NCBI GenBank assembly: GCA_030324005.1 | Contig: JARDVH010000042.1 | Span: 39,582,164-39,646,163, forward strand | Length of the DNA stretch: 64,000 nucleotides | Direction of reading: 5' to 3' | From: Negaprion brevirostris | Taxonomy: Eukaryota | In this document: piece after piece, positions 1 to 13,270 of the stretch | Layout of the letters: the number at the start of each line of letters is the position of its first letter | Numbering within the stretch: position 1 is the first letter of the stretch | Translations under genes and position numbers: made by a program | The notes under the pieces: model-generated | Told to the model about the DNA's origin: nothing | Databases searched by the model: none | The model's input: only the letters and a program-made list of their open reading frames with translations

Positions 1-183
1 AATAGGTTAGGACTTTATTCCCTGGAGCGTAGAAGAATGAGGGGAGATTTGACAGAGGTGTATAAAATTATGATGGGAGAAAAAAACTACAGGCCATGGG
101 TTAAGGGTGAAGGGGGAAAAGTTTAAAGGGAATATTAGGAGGGGCTTCTTCACACAGAGAGTGGTGGGAGTTTGGAATGGATG
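1..183 (+). mobile_element. CR1 LINE, ORF2 3' fragment
   Basis: Typical CR1 C-terminal coding sequence (LGLYSLE.RRMRGDL.EVYKIM...FFTQRVVGVWN), degenerate. Confidence 0.75.
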
Positions 184-216
184 CTGCAATGATTTTGAAG
201 GCTTCCAGGTGTTCAT

Positions 217-760
217 GGGGCATGGGTTTTAATACGACAAGGAAATTTCAAAGGTTTTAAAAGACAGAGACAATAATGAATATTTTTACCAGAATGGCGT
301 CAGAAATCATCATCCTGAGAGTGGACACTCACTTCCAGGACAACAGGGACAAGCGCAGCCACTGGACCACCATCCCAGGGAGACTTCTAAAGTCAAACCA
401 TTTCCTCCCACCCTGAGTCCCCTCCGTCATGTCCTTTGAGGCACCCACCCCCGCTCATTCTGCAGCCTGGCAGCGCAGAGAGGTACATGGGCACTGCACT
501 TAAGTCCTCGCTGGGGGACTGGAGTATCCATCTTCAAACCCAGTAATAAGGCATTTAAATGTGTCATTATGAATATCAATTAGGTTCCTGCCAGTTCTGG
601 GCTGGAACCTGATCAGGGGTCTCAGGGCGGGCCAAGAGAACAAGAGGATCGCGACGGGTCTGACACACGACGAGATTCCTGTTTTAGACCTGATGTTGAT
701 TCACTGGGCCATCGGGATTCCCACCAGGGACAGAGGCAAGCGGGCCCAGTGAATCCCTGA
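217..760. mobile_element. Non-autonomous DNA transposon (probable Harbinger-type MITE)
   Basis: 580-665 (ttaggttcc...tgggctggaacctgatca...gggtctgac) recurs at ~1458-1535; GC-rich dispersed repeat; ends are degenerate. Confidence 0.4.
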
Positions 761-761
761 C

Positions 762-1120
762 TTAATCAATTTCAGTACAAAGACAGGAAGTCCATTAGGA
801 GAACAGTCAATTCTGGCACAAAGGAAAATTACTGAAGTGGAGGATAAGCATCATATGAGGTCATGTGACAAAAGAGAACCAATAGAGGAGATCATGGGAC
901 CTGGGTGAGATTCATGAATATATAAATAGGTGACATTGTTTCTAGTAGTACAATCCTTGTGGGATGTCCAGTGTAATACCTGCAGGGTATCTGAATCTAA
1001 AGAGTTTGTGACTACACTTGATTGGATTCGGCCTGTGCAATTTCTATTCACACTGAGCTTTATATAGGCGAAAGATGATTCAGACTTAATTCAACTTCAT
1101 AATTAAGAAATAATTCAACA
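762..1120 (+). mobile_element. LTR (partial) of an env-bearing LTR retroelement, followed by a PBS-like TTGGTGAG
   Basis: Aligns by eye with 24376-24755 (tatgaggtcatgtg, ccaatag.ggaga, taatacctg.aggg.atctgaatct, ttaattcaacttcata); ends in TTCAACA, followed immediately by TTGG. Confidence 0.65.
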
Positions 1121-1534
1121 TTGGTGAGTGCTCCTACTTGCAATTTTTTGAAAAACTTGGATGTTTGATGCCGAGCTAAAGTAAAACCTGAACCACCAAA
1201 GACTCAATCCAGACAAGTCCGCAGATAGGAAGTAGACTATTTCCACTGTCAGTGTTCCATAGCAATAATTACACAGGATAACAAACACCCTTATATAAGA
1301 CCACAAATAAATTGAATAGAAAAATATGTAGCATCTTCAAGGACGGGCGAACACCAAGTAGATTAATGAACAAAAGGAAAAAAACTATTTACAGAGAGTG
1401 ATATAAAAGGTTACCATATGTCATGAATCCAGACTCCTTACAGAGGGGACAACTTCAATTAGGTTCTCACCTGTTCTGGGCTGGAACCTGATCAAGGCTC
1501 TCAGGGTGGGCCAGGAGAATCACAAGGGGTCTGA

Positions 1535-2135
1535 CGAGATGGCCAAATGGGTGGATAAGAATTTAACCCTGAAATGTGTGAGGTGATACACTTTGGAAAG
1601 AGTACATTAGAACATAAGAAATAGGAGCAGGAGGAGGCCATCTAGCCCCTCGAGCCTGCCCCACCATTCAATAAGATCATGGCTGACTGAAGTAGATCAG
1701 TTCCACTTTCCCGCTTTCTTTTAATTTGACAAGGGAATATATACTCTGAAAGGTCTGACACTAGGAAGTTCCGAAGAACAAAGGAACCTTGGCGTGTTTT
1801 TTGAAAGATCTCTGAAGGTGGAAAGGCAGATTAAAGGGCGGTGAAAAAGGCATATGGCACTTTTGCCTTTATCAATCGGGGTGTAGGTTACAAAAGCAGA
1901 GAGGTCATGATGGAGTTGTGTAGAACTTAAGTGAGGCCTCATCTGGAGTACTGTATGCAGTTCTAGACACCATATTATAGGAAAGATGTGAATTCACTGG
2001 AGGGGATGCAGAAGACCTTCACCAGGATTTTGCCTGGGATGGAACACTTAAGTTGCAAAGAAAGGTTGGATAGGTTTGGGTTATCTTCTCTGGAGCAGAG
2101 AAGACTGATAGGTGACTGACAGAAACTGATGGTTA
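1535..2135 (+). mobile_element. CR1 LINE fragment, with an antisense CR1 3' end inserted at ~1607-1720
   Basis: [22 protein letters not shown]-like motifs; reverse-oriented CR1 tail aacataagaaataggagcagga. Confidence 0.75.
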
Positions 2136-3212
2136 ACTGACAGAAAGCAAAGAGTGGGAGTAAATGGGTGTTTTTCTGGTTGGTGATCAGTGACCAGTGG
2201 TGTGCCTCAGGGATCAGTGTTGGAACCGCAATTATTTTTGATTTACATAGATAATTTGGAGTTGGGGACCAAGTGTAGTGTATCAAAATTCACAGATGAC
2301 ACTAAGATGAGTGGCAGAGCAAAGTGTGCAGAGGACATTGAAAGTCTGCAAAGGGATATAGATAGTCTAAGTGAGTGGGTAAGGGTCTGGCAGATGGAGT
2401 ACAATGTTGGTAAATGTGAGGTCATCCATTTTGATGGGAATAACAGCAAAATGGACTATTATTTAAAAGGTAAAAAATTGCAACATGCTGCTATGCAGAG
2501 GGACCTGGATGTCCTTGTGTAGGAATCTCGAGGAGCTGGTTTGCAGGTGCAGTAGGTAATTAAGAAGGCAAATGGAATTTTGTCCTCACTGCTAGAGGGA
2601 TGGAGTTTAAAAACAATGAGATTATGTTGCAGTAATATAAGGTGAGGCCACACCTGGAATACTGTGTACAGTTTTGGCCTCCTTACTTCAGAAAGGATAC
2701 ACTGGCACTGGAGGAGGTGCAGAGGAGATTCACTAGGTTGATTCCGGAGTTGAGAGTGTTGGCTTATTAGGAGAAACTGAGTAGGCTGGGTCTATACTCA
2801 CTGGAATTCAGAAGAATGAGGGGAGATTTTATAGAAACATATAAGATTATGAAGAGAATAGATAAGATAGAAGCAGGAAGTTGTTTCCACTGGCAGATGA
2901 AACTAGAACTGGGGGCATAGCCTCAAAATAAGAGAAGCAGTTTTAGGACTCAGTTGAGGAGGAACTTCTTCACATAAAGGGTTGTGAATCTATGGAGTTC
3001 CTTGCCCAGTGAAGTAGTTGAGGCTACCTCATTGAATGTTTTTAAGGCAAGGATAGATACATTTTTCAACAGTAAAGGGATTAAGGGTTATGGGAGCGGG
3101 CAGGTAAGTGGAGCTGAGTCCACAAAAAGATCAGCCATGATTATATTGAACGGTGGAGCAGGCTCGAGGGGCCTGATGGCCAACTCCTGCTCTTAGTTCT
3201 TATGTTCTTATG
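2136..3212 (+). mobile_element. CR1 LINE 3' portion (RT domain to 3' tail)
   Basis: ORF 2190-2522 SGVPQGSVL...KFTDDTK...WQMEYNVGKCEVIHF; tail ttcttatgttcttatg; stops and frameshifts. Confidence 0.92.
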
Positions 3213-3758
3213 AGACCTATCCTAGAAGTTTCTGAAATATTTTGCTTTGAATTATTTGCAAGTGAAAATACTGCATCATTGCCCAGATTCCTACCAATAC
3301 CTTTAAGTGTGTTAGAATTAGAAGTAAAATTCTGATTTTAAACTGGAATTTTTTTTTAATTCATTTGTGGGACATAGATACTGCTTGAGACTGGTTGAGA
3401 GTCAACCAGATTACTGTACTATGGCTCTGGTACAACGTGTAGGCCAGACCAGGTCAGGGTGTCAGATTTCCTTCCCTAAAGGTCATTAGTGAACCAGATG
3501 GGTTTTCTGACAAAGAATAAAAAGTTTCATGTCACCATTGGTCAGCTATTTTGATTTGTTCTCATGGTTTTATTGAGGAATTCTTTACATAAGCATTGTT
3601 GCCACCTGTTTTCTCCTGTAGGTAATGATACCAGCAGACTGTAGTCCCTGGGGCTGCTTTCAAATCATTCCATGGTTTCATCCCCTCCTTATCTCTTAAG
3701 CATGTGCAACACAACGGTAGAGCAGTTAAAACTCGGGATGCACAAGTGGCCTGAATGA

Positions 3759-4060
3759 GGGGCGGCTCGGTTGTACATTGATTAGCACTGCTGCCTCACA
3801 GTGCCAGGGACCCCAGTTCGATTCCCGGCTTGGGTTACTGTCTGTGCGGAGTCTGCACATTCTCCCCATGTCTGCGTGAGTTTCCTCCGGGTGCTCTGGT
3901 TCTCTCCCACCGTCCAAAAGACGCGTAGGCAAGGGGCAATGGCCATGTTAAATTCTCCCTCAGCGTAGCTGAACAGGTGCTGGAGTGTGGCGACTAGTGG
4001 ATTTTCACTGTAACTAAATTACAGTGTTAATGTAAGCCTGTTTGTAACTAATAAATAAAC
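3759..4060 (+). mobile_element. tRNA-derived V-SINE (HE1-like)
   Basis: Pol III B box (gttcgattcc) and V-domain core tgcacattctcccc...gtttcctccgggtgctctgg; tail aataaataaac. Confidence 0.85.
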
Positions 4061-4569
4061 TTAAATGTTACACATTGAGCCCTTGGTAAAGGCATTAAAT
4101 ACCATCCTAGTTGGGGGAGGGAGGGATGGTTGTGTTGTGGGAAAAGAATTTTCAAAATAATCTTTATTGCACTTTAATTGAACAAATGGAACTGCCATAC
4201 TACTATTCTGAGAGCTTTTGCTTTGCACCACAGCTNNNNNNNNNNNNNNNNNNNNNNNNNNNNNNNNNNNNNNNNNNNNNNNNNNNNNNNNNNNNNNNNN
4301 NNNNNNNNNNNNNNNNNNNNNNNNNNNNNNNNNNNNNNNNNNNNNNNNNNNNNNNNNNNNNNNNNNNNNNNNNNNNNNNNNNNNNNNNNNNNNNNNNNNN
4401 NNNNNNNNNNNNNNNNNNNNNNNNNNNNNNNNNNNNNNNNNNNNNNNNNNNNNNNNNNNNNNNNNNNNNNNNNNNNNNNNNNNNNNNNNNNNNNNNNNNN
4501 NNNNNNNNNNNNNNNNNNNNNNNNNNNNNNNNNNNNNNNNNNNNNNNNNNNNNNNNNNNNNNNNNNNNN

Positions 4570-5192
4570 CACACAAAGGGTTGTGAATCTGTGGAATTCC
4601 CTGCCCAGTGAAGCAGTTGAGGCTACCTCATTGAATGTTTTTAAGGAAGGATAGATAAATTTTTGAATATTAAAGGAATTAAGGGTTATGGTGAGCGGGT
4701 GAGTAAATGGAGCTGTGTCCACAAAAAGATCAGCTACGTTCTTATTGAATGGTGGAACATGCTTATTGGGCCAGATGGCCACTCTTTCTCCTAATTCTAA
4801 TGTGATCTGATTGAGATGTTCCAGATTATGAGGGGCATGGACAGGATAGATAGGGAGCAGTTGTGTTCCCCTTCATTGAAGGGTCAATTACGCAAGAACA
4901 CAAGTTAAAAGTGAGGGGTGGGAGGTTTAGAGGGGGTTTGAGGAAAAACGTTTTTACCTAGAGGGTGGTGACGGTTTGGAATGCACTGCCTGGGATGGTG
5001 ATTGAGGCGGGATACCTTACATCCTTTAAATGTACTGGATGATTACTTGGCCTGCCATAACAATTAAGGCACTGGGCCAAGTGCTCGCAACTGGAATTAG
5101 GCGGTCAGGTCAGGACTTGTCATGTGTCGGTGCAGACTCGATGGGCTGAAGGGTCTCTTCTGCATTGTAATATTCTGTGATTGTGTGATTCT
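4570..5192 (+). mobile_element. Two adjacent CR1 LINE 3' ends
   Basis: TQRVVNLWNSLP / FT.RVV.VWN.LP motifs; 3' tails ending ~4800 and ~5192 (gattgtgtgattctgtga). Confidence 0.8.
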
Positions 5193-5559
5193 GTGAACCT
5201 GCGCTCAGCCCCAGGATTCATGCGCTGTGCTCTGATTGGCCAAATGGTCACATGACCCTCTGATGACATCCCCTCCCCCCCAACTTTAAATTTCTGACTA
5301 ACATATCCCCGTAACAATTGAAACTATTTACAACATTATGCACAAATGGATCTCAAACAAGGTCCTTTTTAACATGAGTTGTTCCAGGGATTTCCTGATC
5401 CTTTGGGATCATTGTAATTCACTAGCAGGTGCTTCAGTAGTAGAGGTAGTTTTGGCTTGAACCTCAATAGATTGACTCTTGACTGCAAAGGGTGTGTCTG
5501 AGCAGATAACTTCCCTACTTCACCACTGGCTCTTCTTCAGGGTTGCTTGTTGCTGCACT

Positions 5560-8280
5560 ACTATCATCCAGAATAGTATCAAGGACAGGCATACTAAGCA
5601 GACTGCCCCAGTGTGTGATTCTCTCCTTCTCAGATGGTCCAGGCGTTTCCTTACCCTTTTTCGTTGGACGAGAATCTCATACGACATTGTGTCTGCTCTG
5701 GCCTCGACTGTTTCAGAGAACCAAATTTGGACCAGCACTATCATTCTTTAAATATACCAAATCCAGCTCAAATGTCCTCTCTGTTTTTGTTGAATTATGA
5801 TGCTTCTTGCATGTGTTCTGGTTTGCTTCTGCCTCCCCACTAACTTAGAGAATACAAGATCCAATCTTGTTCTAATAAGTCCATTAGTAATTTGATGGGT
5901 GTAACGCCTCTGATGACATGAATTGTTGTTCCAGAGATTAGGAATTAGGCTAGTTTGGTTTGTAGGGAGGCTGATAACTGTTTTCTTCGTGGCAGCATTG
6001 AATATTTGGATGGCTCTCTCTGTCAGCCCATTTGAAGCAGAGTGGTAGAGTGCAATCAAATATGTTGACTGCCTTTGGTCACATGAAGTGTTGGAACATT
6101 TCACCTATGAAAGCAGTGCCATCATCGAATGCAAGCTTCTCGGCAACCGAATGGGTGGCGAATGTTTGTCATTATCTCTTGACCATTGTTGATGAGATTC
6201 TAGAGTTAATTTTGTGTATGTCCAACCATTGAGTGTGAGGTGGAACATGGAGCCCATGCAAAATCAAGTGCAGTCAAACCCATGGTCAACATGGCCACTT
6301 CCATGGGTATATTTGGGCCACTGATGGTAACTTTTGGTGAATTTGACATTGGTGTTAAATTCTCAATATTGGTATCTATTCCAGGCCACCACATTTAACT
6401 TTTCATCTTTGTCAATCCAGGTTGGGCATAATGTAATTCTTGTAACAACAGCTTTCTAGCAGAGTGGGAAGGACCACCCTTGCTCCTTATATTAATACAC
6501 CGTTCTCACAACTTAACTCGTCCTTTCTTATCTAGAAGAGCTTGAATTTCTCAGACCTGCCATCATAATGCCATCCATGGAGGACCATGTGTTTGACATG
6601 AAATAATCTTTCTAAAACTTGATCTGTCAGGCCGATACAGACAATGTATCGCAAAAGTGTAGGACAAGAACAATTTCTTGTGGTACAGGCAGAGGCAGTA
6701 TGCTTTCAGGTATAGAAAAGCAGCTCAAAGCATCTGTATTTAAAATGTGTGTGCATAGCTTATGTTGAAAAGTATATTTGTAGACTGCTAGCGAAAGAGC
6801 CCAGGGTTGGACCCAAGCTGAAGCTACAGGAGGAATGGACCTATCCTCCTTAAATAAGCCTAATAGAAGGTTGCAGTAAGTGACAATTACAAAATAACAC
6901 CCATAAACATAGTGGTGGAACTTCATTCTGAAAGTTACAACTAATTCCTCTTTCTTAATTTGAGAATAAGCTTTTCCAGCATCAGTCAGAGTCTGTGAGG
7001 TAGAAACGATAGGCCTTTTTGCACCGTCTTCCATCCTGTGTCATAAAGCCATTCCGATTCCATATGAAGATGTGTCACAGGTAATAATGATCTCTTCTGA
7101 GGGGTCAAAATAAATTGAGAGACTGGAAGGCTGCAAAGCCAGTTTAACTGCTGAAAGGCATCTTTCCAATACCACCTCAGATTCTTCTTGAGCAGTGTGT
7201 GTGTGGGTGGGGGGCGGGGAGAGGTGGACGGGGGGTGCGCAATGTTGTAAAGAGATTTGGAATAAAGTGTCCATAGTATTTCACCATGCCTAAAATGATT
7301 TCAATTCTGATACATTTCTGGGGCCAGTGTTTCCTTAATTGCTTTTAACTTCTCTCCTATAGGGTACAGCCCCTTTGCATCTGAACCCTAGGTGCATGAT
7401 TTAATGAGCTTGGAACATGCATTTCTTCCCTTTTATCCAGGCTGCTTAAATCTTTTTAAAATTTCCTAATATTTGCCAAATGCTCCTCTTTAGATGCTCC
7501 TGTAATCAGTATATCATGTAAATATCTAGATAGACAACCACCTTTGGTAGGTTCTGTAATAAGCTTTCCATCATACACTGAAAATGTGAACATGCCAATG
7601 AGACTCCAAAGGGCAACTGAGTATACTTGTTGACTGTATATTTGTTACAATAAACAGTCTTTGTGGCTGTTGACTGTAACAAATTCTCTAGATGCCTCAA
7701 TTAATTCTAATTGTTGATGCGCATGGCTCAAATCAAGTTTAGTGTAAGTTAAGCCTCCTGCTAACTTGGCATGAAAATCTTTGTATTGGGTATCAATCTA
7801 ATTTTGTTGCTTGATTCATGGTTAATTTGTAGTCCCCACATATTCTAATAGTTCTTTCTGGCTTAACCACTGCCACGATTGGAGCCATCCACTCCAAACA
7901 CTGTACAGGCTTAATGATGTCTAAATCTTCCAGACTCTTGAATTCAGACTCAACCTTCTCATGCAAAGCAAGTCAAGATCCATAGAAATTAAGCATGGCC
8001 TCAGGATCCACATAAATATCTGCTTTTAGGGATTGTATCTTGTTTAACTCATCTTGGATCATGTCTTGATACTTTTTAAAGACTCCCGGAAGTTCTCACC
8101 ATTGATCTTGAAGATTTCCAGCCAACTTAGTTTAATTTGGTGAAGCCGATCTTACCCCATCAAAATGGACCCTTGTTCCCCTATTACTATTAGAGGCAGT
8201 TGAGCCGACTGATCTCGGTAGCTTATGGGCGTTGGTATTATTCCAAGGACAGTTAAAGTTTCTCCAGTATATGTTGCTAG
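5560..8280 (-). pseudogene. Gypsy pol remnant (RT, RNase H, integrase)
   Basis: RT YTQLPFGVS...VVVYLD (7506-7700); RNase H CDTSSYGIG...AYSQIKKE (6627-7274); integrase WWPGIDTNIE and YHSASNGLTERA (5748-6394); many frameshifts. Confidence 0.9.
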
Positions 8281-8294
8281 CATGAACGTCATGC

Positions 8295-8556
8295 TGCTAT
8301 GGTGGCACAGTGGTTAGCACAGCTGCCTCATAGCACCAGCAATCTGGGTTTGATTCCTGGCTTGTGACTGTGCGAAGTTTGCATGTTCTCTCCATGTCTA
8401 AGTGGGTTTCTTCTAGGTTTTCTGTTTTCCTCCCACAGTCCGGAAGATTTGCTGGTTAGGTGTAATGGCCAGAGTGTGGCGACTGGGGGAATTTCACAGT
8501 AATTTCATTGCAGTGTTAATGTAAGTCTACTTGTGACACTAGTAAATAAAGTTAAA
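8295..8556 (+). mobile_element. HE1-like SINE inserted in the Gypsy protease region
   Basis: ggtggcacagtggttagcac A box, B box and V-domain core. Confidence 0.85.
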
Positions 8557-8559
8557 CTG

Positions 8560-9900
8560 AAAGGTCTAAAATCCTCTTTGCAAATAATGAAATATTTGTT
8601 TTCCAATAATTGTTGCAAAGGACCAGTAACCACCTCCATTCAGAGTGGTTAACCATTTACTTCCAAAGCAACCGTAATTGGGGCTGTCTTGTCCAACTTG
8701 ATGTTATTTAACTTATGTACTTTGGAATCATTTTCAGGGTTATTTTCAACACTGTACTGGATTCAATTTTTGTTTTTTGTCCTCTAGTAGGCTCTGCTCA
8801 TTACTACATTTGCTGCTAACGTGCCTCCTCTTATTGCAGGCATAACATGTTGCTTCCCTGAATTCACATCTCCCCTGGAGTGAATGTACCACATTTTTCA
8901 AAGCTTCTGGTCTGTGGACCAAATTCCCTATACTTCTGCACTTTATTTTTCAGCAAGCTTTTTTGCTCACTATTTCCTGCACTCCCCTCCTTGGTGTTTC
9001 AAGTACCAGTAGCTTCCCACCAAACCTGGCGATCTCACCGATTTGCATGCTCTGGGGTTCCATTGCTTCCATTTTAGTGCTTTCTATGGCCTGGGTGACC
9101 ACTGATGCCTTCTTTAAATTAATCTCCGCCTCTGCGAGTAATTTCTTTTGTGTGATTGTATTGTTAACACCGTCGACCGGTCTGTTTCTCAATATGTCAT
9201 TAAGAGCAGATTCCAATTCACACTGTTCAGTTTTTTGTCTCAGAAGCACCACAAGCATTGTTATTGACTCCTCTGTGTGCTTATTGTTGAATTAAATTTG
9301 TATCACTGCAGGGTTTTGGGTCCTTAACTAATTCAATAAGCTTAAGAACATAAGAAATAGGAGCAGGAGTAGGCCAAATAGCCCTTCGAGCCTGCCCCGC
9401 CATTCAATAAGATCATGGCNNNNNNNNNNNNNNNNNNNNNNNNNNNNNNNNNNNNNNNNNNNNNNNNNNNNNNNNNNNNNNNNNNNNNNNNNNNNNNNNN
9501 NNNNNNNNNNNNNNNNNNNGCTGATCTGAAGTGGATCAGTTCCACTTTCCTGCTTTCTCCCCATAACCCTTAATTCCCCTGTCTATCAAAAACCTACCTA
9601 CTAAAGCTTCTCAAAAATTTTGGAGTTGGGGCATCTGGAGAAGTCAGACTCCTTATTAGGCTATAGGTTGGAGCCCAGCAGGCTGTAAGTGGGATTATCT
9701 GCTGCTTCTCTTCCCCCACTGAATTTCATTGACCTTAAAAAATAATGCAGGCATTTGACATATTGCACACACTATTCCGTGTTGGGGTCAAATTTGTCTA
9801 GCTTTCCAAGAGGCATTTTAACACTCACAGGTTACTGAACAAGTTTGCTGCAAAAAGCCTTCAACATGAGGTTTGCTATCCCGATCGCTGCAGTATGAAG
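8560..9900 (-). pseudogene. Gypsy gag/protease remnant
   Basis: 8950-9258 CELESALNDILRNR.VDGVNN..TQKKLLAE, typical of Gypsy gag; interrupted by a CR1 tail at 9343-9603. Confidence 0.8.
9343..9603 (-). mobile_element. CR1 LINE 3' end (spans a gap)
   Basis: Reverse complement of the CR1 tail seen at 3100-3212. Confidence 0.8.
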
Positions 9901-10759
9901 GCAGTCTGATTGATTTTCATTGCCAAATGTACTATCTTCAAAGATGGGTGACCATTGCGGTGTTAATGGTTTATTAGAGGAAAATAACTACTTACAGAGA
10001 GTGATATAAAAAGCTACTGTACTCCACAACTCCAGAATTCCAACAGGGTAAAACCTGCAATCAGTCTCAGGATTCAGATGCTTTGATTGGCCAATTGGGT
10101 CACATGACCCTCTGAGGACTCACCTTTTAAAGGAGCACATGACCACAGAAAGTAAGATCAGTGCAAAGTTGTAAAGCACTTAGAAAATTGCACAGTCCTC
10201 AACTCTACTAATTAAGGTGGGCATTTGTAAGGGGTAAAATTGTCCTTCAGGAGACTGATCACCTCTACAGGGGGAGTTGAATCCCAAAGGAAAAAGGCAT
10301 TCTGAAAATCTCTTTGACAGAAAATGGCCTGCGTGATCAAAAAATTAAAGACGATCTGAATGTCCGATCTAATATCTGTCCTGAACAGTGACAAGAGTAA
10401 AACTTAGCCACTTACGCCAGACCTGCTGCCATTCAACAAAATCATGGTTGATCTAATTGTAATCTCCTGATGTGTGTACTTATGGTGTAATGAAATAGAT
10501 AGGAAAAAGAAAAAAAAAGTTAAAACCCTCGAGAAGCGTTAAAATTGCAGGGGCCAAATTTGAAAGCTCCCAAAATTGTCAAGACTAACTGCACCATTGA
10601 TTGGCTGGATGCTTGAGCAAGGGACTGACACCACTTTAAGCACAACAGCACTATTATGAGGGGAAGAATACTGTGGGAATCTTTTGGGAGCTAATTCTAA
10701 TAAAAAAAACAAGATTGGCTGAATCTGGGGGAAAGCATGCATCAAGGTTTTCTGACATT

Positions 10760-13270
10760 GCACTGAAGATCTAGATGGAGGAGGTGGAGTCAGCATCTTC
10801 AGAACAAGGGCTATCCACTGACCACATGGCTAATGACTCTAGTGCACTAGAGTGCACAGCATGCATACAACAAAATGTAGTTTGAGTTTTACTGCAGCAC
10901 TCAGACTTCTGGTGGGAGTGACTGATGCTTCAAAGAAAGCTGAGACATCAGCCATCAGACATTAGATCATGATTAAATCCATGAGTGTGTTGATGGAGTT
11001 ATTTCCATGCTGGGAAGAAATGTGCTCCAAGCTGTATGAAAGCCCTGTGCCAAGTTTTGTGCAGGATTCAGCCATGCTCCCTGAAACTGACTGCAAGATT
11101 TCTGGCAGGGTTCCCAATGCAAAAGACAGTGCAAGCCCATAAATGTCAATTCCAGGAGGAAAGGACCTAGTTCCAGAGCTGCAAGAAGTTTAATGACCTC
11201 ACTTGACCACTCAATGAATGTGCAAATACATCTTTAAATCCCATATCTTACTATTAGCTTGAGCAACTGATCAATTCACCACAGCCAGCAATTCACCACA
11301 AGCAATCTCCATCAATTCAAAATATCTAAATGCATTTGCTTTACCTCACTCCCATAATACAAGCACATTTGCAAGACTTACATCCCCATCTCACAGCTTG
11401 TATGCACCGCCAGCTATTCAGTCTTGACTGCCACATCAGTCAAAGAGATTGTACGACACTGATTGACACATATCTCCAACTAGCAGAACAGGTTAATGCA
11501 AAACTGAAGACAACAAAAGCCACCTGGAGGAAGATAGGTATGCCTCCTGACCTCCGTGGAAAAGATAATACTGGCCATTATTGGGGCACCCATTCCAAAG
11601 TACGCAATCCTCCATCTCATATCCCACCTCCCCTCATTCCTTCTCTTCTGATTTACAAGCTGCAAGTGTTAAAAGCATACAGCTCTCATTTTGCATCCCT
11701 CCCCATATTGCAACCTTACATGGATGCCTTTCCCTTTTGGATATCCAAAAAGTGCAACCCAACCCAGCAATGGAAGAAAACAGAAGACATTAATAATAAA
11801 GACACATCGTCGACACTTGATTTCACACTCACAGTCACCTGTTCAAATGCTGACACTATGCGTAATTAAAAGGATATCATGGAACCTTACAGTAAATGGA
11901 AGAAACTTTAGAAGCATTAACATACAGAGGGATCTAGCGGTACAGATCTACAGTTCCCTGAAAATGGCAACACAAGTGGATAAGGTGATCAAGAAGGCAT
12001 TTGGCATACTTGCCTTCATCGGTCAGGACATAATGTATAAAAATTAGCAAGTCATGCTGCAATTGTATAGAATTTTGGCTAGGCCGCATTGGGAATATTG
12101 CATACAATTCTGGTTACCAGAAGGATGTGGAAGCTTTGTAGAAAAGATTTATCAGGATGATGCCTGGTTTGGAGGGTATTAGTTATTAGGAGAAATTGGA
12201 TAAACTTGGTTTGTTTTCACTTGAATGTTAGAGGCTAAGGGGCGACCTGATAGAAGTTTACGAAACTATTACAGGCATGAATAGAATTTCTACCCTATTT
12301 TCAAGGGTAGAAATGTCAATAACTAGGGTATGTAGGTTTAAGATAAAAGAGGGAAAGTTTAAAGAAGATGTGGGAGGCAAGATTTTTACACAGAGGGTGG
12401 TAAGTACCTAGAATGTGCTGTGAGAGGAAATGGTAGAAGTAGATAAAATAGCAATGTTTAAGAGGCATCTTGATATGCATGAATGGACACGGAATAGAGG
12501 GATATGGATCGCATAGAAGCACAAGGTCTTTAGTTTAGAAAGGCATCATGTGCCAGTGCAGTATTGGTGGGCTGAAGGGTCTGTTCCTGTGCTGTATTGT
12601 TCTTTGTTCTATGGTTCTATTAGTTCTGCTGCAGAGAACTTGATGAAAACTTCAGTGTGACAGCTTCCAAAGGAAAGCTGGTGAAAGTGCACACAACTTT
12701 TGATGTACTGGGAACCCTGCTGGGAAGCCTGCAGTCAATGTCAAAGAGAATGGAAGAGTCCAGCACCAAGTTGGCACAATTTATCCAGTGTGGAAATAGT
12801 AGCCAACTCCATCCACACACCTATGGACCCAAACCTGATGCAGTGACTGATGGCTGATGTCTCAGCTTTCTTTGCAATGTAAGCCACTTCGACATAAAGT
12901 CTAAGTACTACAATAGAAGATCAAACTAGCTTTCACTGAATGCATGCTCTACATGGGTACATGGGTTGTATGCCAGTGTCATTAGCCATGAGGCCAGCAA
13001 ATAGTCCTTGTTACCCAGATTCCAGCTTTTGGTGGCTCAAATGCAACTGGCACAGTAGCACAGAATAAAGGCATTATGACTGCTGCCAGGATACCAGGCA
13101 TTAGCCTGCTTGATTCCCTGCTATGGTCACACATCAGCTGGAAATTGAGGGAGTGAAATACCTTTTGGGTGTGGGATAGAGCAGAGGGAACATGTGGCAC
13201 CCACAATATAATGTGTCAACAGCTCTCTGCACCTAGGGGAAGCCTGCATTCTGAGCAGAGTTGCATGCTC
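10760..13270. mobile_element. PIF/Harbinger transposon fossil: Myb/SANT-like ORF on +, transposase fragment on -
   Basis: + strand CKKFNDLT at ~11180-11203 (Harbinger Myb-like motif CRK(K/R)FNDL); - strand 12982-13206 QKVFHSLNFQLMCDH followed by a frameshifted YPGSSHN motif (HARBI1-type DDE). Confidence 0.7.
11885..12615 (+). mobile_element. CR1 LINE 3' portion inserted in the Harbinger fossil
   Basis: QRDLAVQIYSSLKMATQVDKVIKKAFGILAFI; tail tgttctttgttctatg. Confidence 0.85.

Larger units (their letters stand above)
1327..10147 (-). mobile_element. Degenerate Ty3/Gypsy LTR retrotransposon (gag-PR-RT-RNaseH-INT) with nested insertions
   Basis: 5' LTR 9928-10147 followed by PBS-like TTTGGCAATG; 3' LTR split into 5197-5268 and 1327-~1455; PPT GGGGGGAGGGGA at 5269-5281; coding fragments in Gypsy order. 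Confidence 0.85.

Noticed and set aside
3759-3835. tRNA gene-like A and B boxes
   Set aside because: These are SINE heads, repeated about ten times in the window
4061-4782. Long ORFs spanning N runs (also 34641-35417, 42674-43138, 54054-55136)
   Set aside because: Artefacts of assembly gaps
11330-11869. 179-aa ORF as a host gene
   Set aside because: Lies within the decayed Harbinger element; no recognisable intact domain
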